From positions 1 through 27,914 of the forward strand of contig CAYJVP010000001.1 of the NCBI GenBank assembly GCA_964373615.1: a stretch of DNA of 27,914 nt, in the 5' to 3' direction. Source of the DNA: an uncultured Gammaproteobacteria bacterium. GTDB taxonomy: Bacteria > Patescibacteriota > Patescibacteriia > UBA9934 > GWF2-40-263. The notes beneath the pieces were generated by a model. It worked only from the letters and a program-made list of their open reading frames with translations, made no database searches and was not told where the DNA came from. Numbering within the stretch: position 1 is the stretch's first letter; every line of letters begins with the position of its first letter. Made by a program: the position numbers and the translations under genes. Below, piece by piece: positions 25,532 to 27,914 of the stretch.

Positions 25532-26269
25532 TCACGGAAGCCACTGAATGATTTCGTCTATCAAACTCGGGTCCGCGTCGGTCATGGCCGTCCCGTGGCC
25601 GAGCCCGGTTTGTTTCAGAATAACGGTTTGCTCCGGCGCGAGTTCGTGAAGCCGTTCGATCGCCTGAAATGATTCAGGATCGTCGTCGCTCGCCACAAGG
25701 ATAAGACGTTGGTCTGGGCTTAACACCTGGACAAACGGTTCGGTTAGAATGCCGTGATAATTGAGTCCAGGCGAAAGCGCGATCGCGACCGGAATATTCG
25801 GGTGCTGGGCGAGGTATTCAATCGCGAGATTTGCCCCGATCGAGGCGCCAATCACCACCGTCTTCCCTTCCACTGCCCCCTGCGAGGCGAGGTCCGCGAA
25901 CGCGGCCTCGACGTCAAGAATTTTTGCCTGCTGCTCTGCATCGGTGAATTTTTTATAACTGAGCGTGCCGCCCATGGCGCTCTCGCCGTGCCCGCGTTCA
26001 TCGATCGCGAGCGAGGCATATCCGGCTTCGTCCAATTTTTCCTGCCACAAAGCCCAGCTCTCCTTCGTCTCCGGCATCATGTGAAGAAGGATGGCAAATT
26101 TCTGATCGTTGTTTCGTTTGAAAAGGCCAACGATCTGAATGCCGTCTGATGTGGTAAAAATTTCGCGTTCCGCCATAGAATCAACGGGTGAGGAAGCACA
26201 GCCTGCGCCGAAACTTGCCAGAAGTCCTGCGAGCAGAAACAGGTGAACGGCTCTTGACGCACGCATCAT
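25532..26269 (-). CDS. Exported alpha/beta hydrolase with a lipobox-like signal
   Basis: Hydrophobic signal ending FGAGC, LLHM oxyanion region, RGHGES, nucleophile GASIG, Asp in ASDDD, His in GHGT. Start at ATG 26269 or 26266. Confidence 0.88.
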   Translation of the reverse strand: MMRASRAVHLFLLAGLLASFGAGCASSPVDSMAEREIFTTSDGIQIVGLFKRNNDQKFAILLHMMPETKESWALWQEKLDEAGYASLAIDERGHGESAMGGTLSYKKFTDAEQQAKILDVEAAFADLASQGAVEGKTVVIGASIGANLAIEYLAQHPNIPVAIALSPGLNYHGILTEPFVQVLSPDQRLILVASDDDPESFQAIERLHELAPEQTVILKQTGLGHGTAMTDADPSLIDEIIQWLP

Positions 26270-26273
26270 AGCA

Positions 26274-27914
26274 TCAATTTCGTTCCTCAAGAAAATTTTG
26301 GTAACAGAGTCGACAAAGAAATCGACGATTTTTAAAGGTGGAGTTTTGATAAACGGTGATGACCTTCTGGCAGGCATCACAGACCGCGGTCTCGGTCAGC
26401 GGTCCGTTTGACATGCGGACAAGATTCTTGAGACGCGTCAGAAAGTGTCGCTCCGGAGCGGGAACTCTGTGTTTCTTATAAAACTCCCGCTCGGAATCGG
26501 TGACGCCAAACGGTCGGCCGAGTTCTTCATCCATAACGATAGAGGACGTGCCGATCGCTTCGGGCAAATACATCGTGCCTCGCTTTTCGTCGAAGACCTC
26601 TCCGCCCCACTCTCGAATCTCATCCAGACCATAACCGATGAGTAAGGATCCGGCCGAAAATTGCGCGCCGAGCGGATTGAGGCGTGCCGGCATGGCCCTT
26701 CCGTATTCACCACGATCAAGCATGGCGCATTTGAGCCGATCCACGGTCTGCCAGTAGTCGTCCTCTGTGTATTGTTTGTTCAAAATACAAAACTGCTTAC
26801 GCTGCAAGCCGACGCATCCAAAGCAATTTTCACAGTTGAGACAGCTCATACAGTATTCAAGATTTTGACAGGCTGTGCTGCCGTGGGAAAATTTGATGTT
26901 TTGTGAATGGATGCTGCCGCTTGATTGCCAAAGATCAGACGAGAAACCGCCACCCGTATAATAGGCGACGTTTGTTAAATCGACCCCGTACCAACAACGG
27001 AAGCAGTCGGTAGAATTTTGAAGGTTGTAGCTCTCAAAAACACGAACCGTTTTTTCTAAATAGTCTCCTGAAGACTCTGTGTCGGCAATGTTTGAGTTCT
27101 CTGGCCAGACAGAGTCCTCGATGAGCTCTAAAAACTTGCGCTGATATGCGTCACATGTTGAACGGGTCGAGAGATCGATCTGATCTTTTCGACGCTCCCA
27201 TTCTTCTTGTGAGAGCTGCTCATTGAACCAGAGATATTTTTTGTTCCGCTGATTCGTCGCCCCGAAACAATACTCGCAGTTGCGGCAGTCAAAAAGAAAG
27301 GCAGAATTTAGACAATGGTGACTTTCGATGGCAAACGAACAATGATGCAACGAGCGGCTGTGGTTTATCTGATAGCTGTCAGCAATGCCGCCAAACGATG
27401 CGGTGACGTCGATCGAATCCGATACGAAGCTTGACCCGTAAATGTATGAGGATCGCTGGAGGCCGAGACAGCCAAAAACCATAAAGCTGTCCGTGCATTT
27501 AAACGCGGCCATGCCGACCGTGTTCACCGAGTCTCCGGGGTCAGCGAGGGCGCGGAAGGGCGTCGCGGCGTAGATGACGTCGAGCTGGTCAAAAAATGAC
27601 GATGAGAGATCAAGGGTACGGCCATGCTCGGTGTTGTCGAGTGACATCCACTCCGTATCGCGCACAACTTTTACGCGGCTGTCTGGGTGAACGTAGGTGA
27701 GGATCGGCTCACTCGTAAGAGCGTGCGGTTTCCACCAAAGCGTAAGATCCGTATTGTGCGCAAAAAGCATTTTAAGGCGAACGGTTGGATGAACCACGGC
27801 GGGCGGAACGTGAAATCGTCGACACCACGAAATCTCCTCGTCCGTGAGCATCCACTTCTCTCCGGTCAACGCACAAACCCGCTCGCCGGGTTTCGTGGCG
27901 TCGAGGATGGCTTT
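26274..27914 (-). CDS. Cys-rich uncharacterised protein (CxxC repeats, Zn-ribbon-like); 5' end lies beyond the window
   Basis: Frame stays open to the window edge (KAILDATKPGERVCALTGEKW...); repeats DCRNCEYCFG and CMSCLNCENCFGC...ILNKQY; C-terminal CDAC...CRLC. Confidence 0.8.
   Translation of the reverse strand, partial: KAILDATKPGERVCALTGEKWMLTDEEISWCRRFHVPPAVVHPTVRLKMLFAHNTDLTLWWKPHALTSEPILTYVHPDSRVKVVRDTEWMSLDNTEHGRTLDLSSSFFDQLDVIYAATPFRALADPGDSVNTVGMAAFKCTDSFMVFGCLGLQRSSYIYGSSFVSDSIDVTASFGGIADSYQINHSRSLHHCSFAIESHHCLNSAFLFDCRNCEYCFGATNQRNKKYLWFNEQLSQEEWERRKDQIDLSTRSTCDAYQRKFLELIEDSVWPENSNIADTESSGDYLEKTVRVFESYNLQNSTDCFRCWYGVDLTNVAYYTGGGFSSDLWQSSGSIHSQNIKFSHGSTACQNLEYCMSCLNCENCFGCVGLQRKQFCILNKQYTEDDYWQTVDRLKCAMLDRGEYGRAMPARLNPLGAQFSAGSLLIGYGLDEIREWGGEVFDEKRGTMYLPEAIGTSSIVMDEELGRPFGVTDSEREFYKKHRVPAPERHFLTRLKNLVRMSNGPLTETAVCDACQKVITVYQNSTFKNRRFLCRLCYQNFLEERN

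Noticed and set aside
184-26380. Longer upstream starts in the ORF track (mrdA 2232, helicase 8391, glycosylase 8902, rplM 9795, alaS 14709, murJ 16450, FecR-like 21975, mnmA 23817, HD 25120, PAP2 25544, hydrolase 26380)
   Set aside because: The extensions run into neighbouring genes or promoters and carry no family motifs; internal ATGs fit gene tiling, SD sites or -10 elements better.
199-26906. Many antisense or off-frame ORFs of 60-240 aa (e.g. 7690-8316, 9855-10520, 13885-14592, 20145-20798)
   Set aside because: They lie entirely over well-supported genes, lack motifs, and are expected shadows in GC-rich coding DNA.

Overview
Mostly housekeeping, gene-dense window (roughly mid-50s % GC by eye, standard code 11, mostly minus strand). 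By inference it comes from a Patescibacteria/CPR bacterium, probably ABY1/Uhrbacteria-like: short AlaRS, short L13, CTD-less RpoA, GAGC signal motif and a CPR-type Cys-rich protein. Contents in coordinate order: nested palindromic repeat cluster; mrdA-mreD-mreC-mreB; small membrane protein; DUF721/DciA; UvrD-helicase/PD-(D/E)XK-nuclease fusion; HhH-GPD glycosylase; rpsI-rplM-rplQ-rpoA-rpsD-rpsK-rpsM-rpmJ-infA (rpmJ is missing from the ORF track); alaS; murJ; TSP3/PKD surface protein; lower-GC secreted hypothetical; PduL-like; GT2; RlmD-family MTase; era; thioredoxin-like; FecR-like; mnmA; HD phosphohydrolase; PAP2; alpha/beta hydrolase; 5'-truncated Cys-rich protein. I found no CRISPR array, tRNA, rRNA, transposase or integrase, and no clear new multi-gene system. 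Most notable observations: (1) short REP-like palindromic elements nested inside each other and apparently inserted in frame in the HD gene; (2) RpoA lacking the alpha-CTD; (3) six genes with a -10 hexamer 6-10 nt upstream of ATG, suggesting leaderless or near-leaderless mRNAs; (4) an orphan, motif-divergent PduL; (5) a coupled glycosylase/helicase-nuclease/DciA cluster. All product calls rest on motif recognition by eye; no database searches were run.
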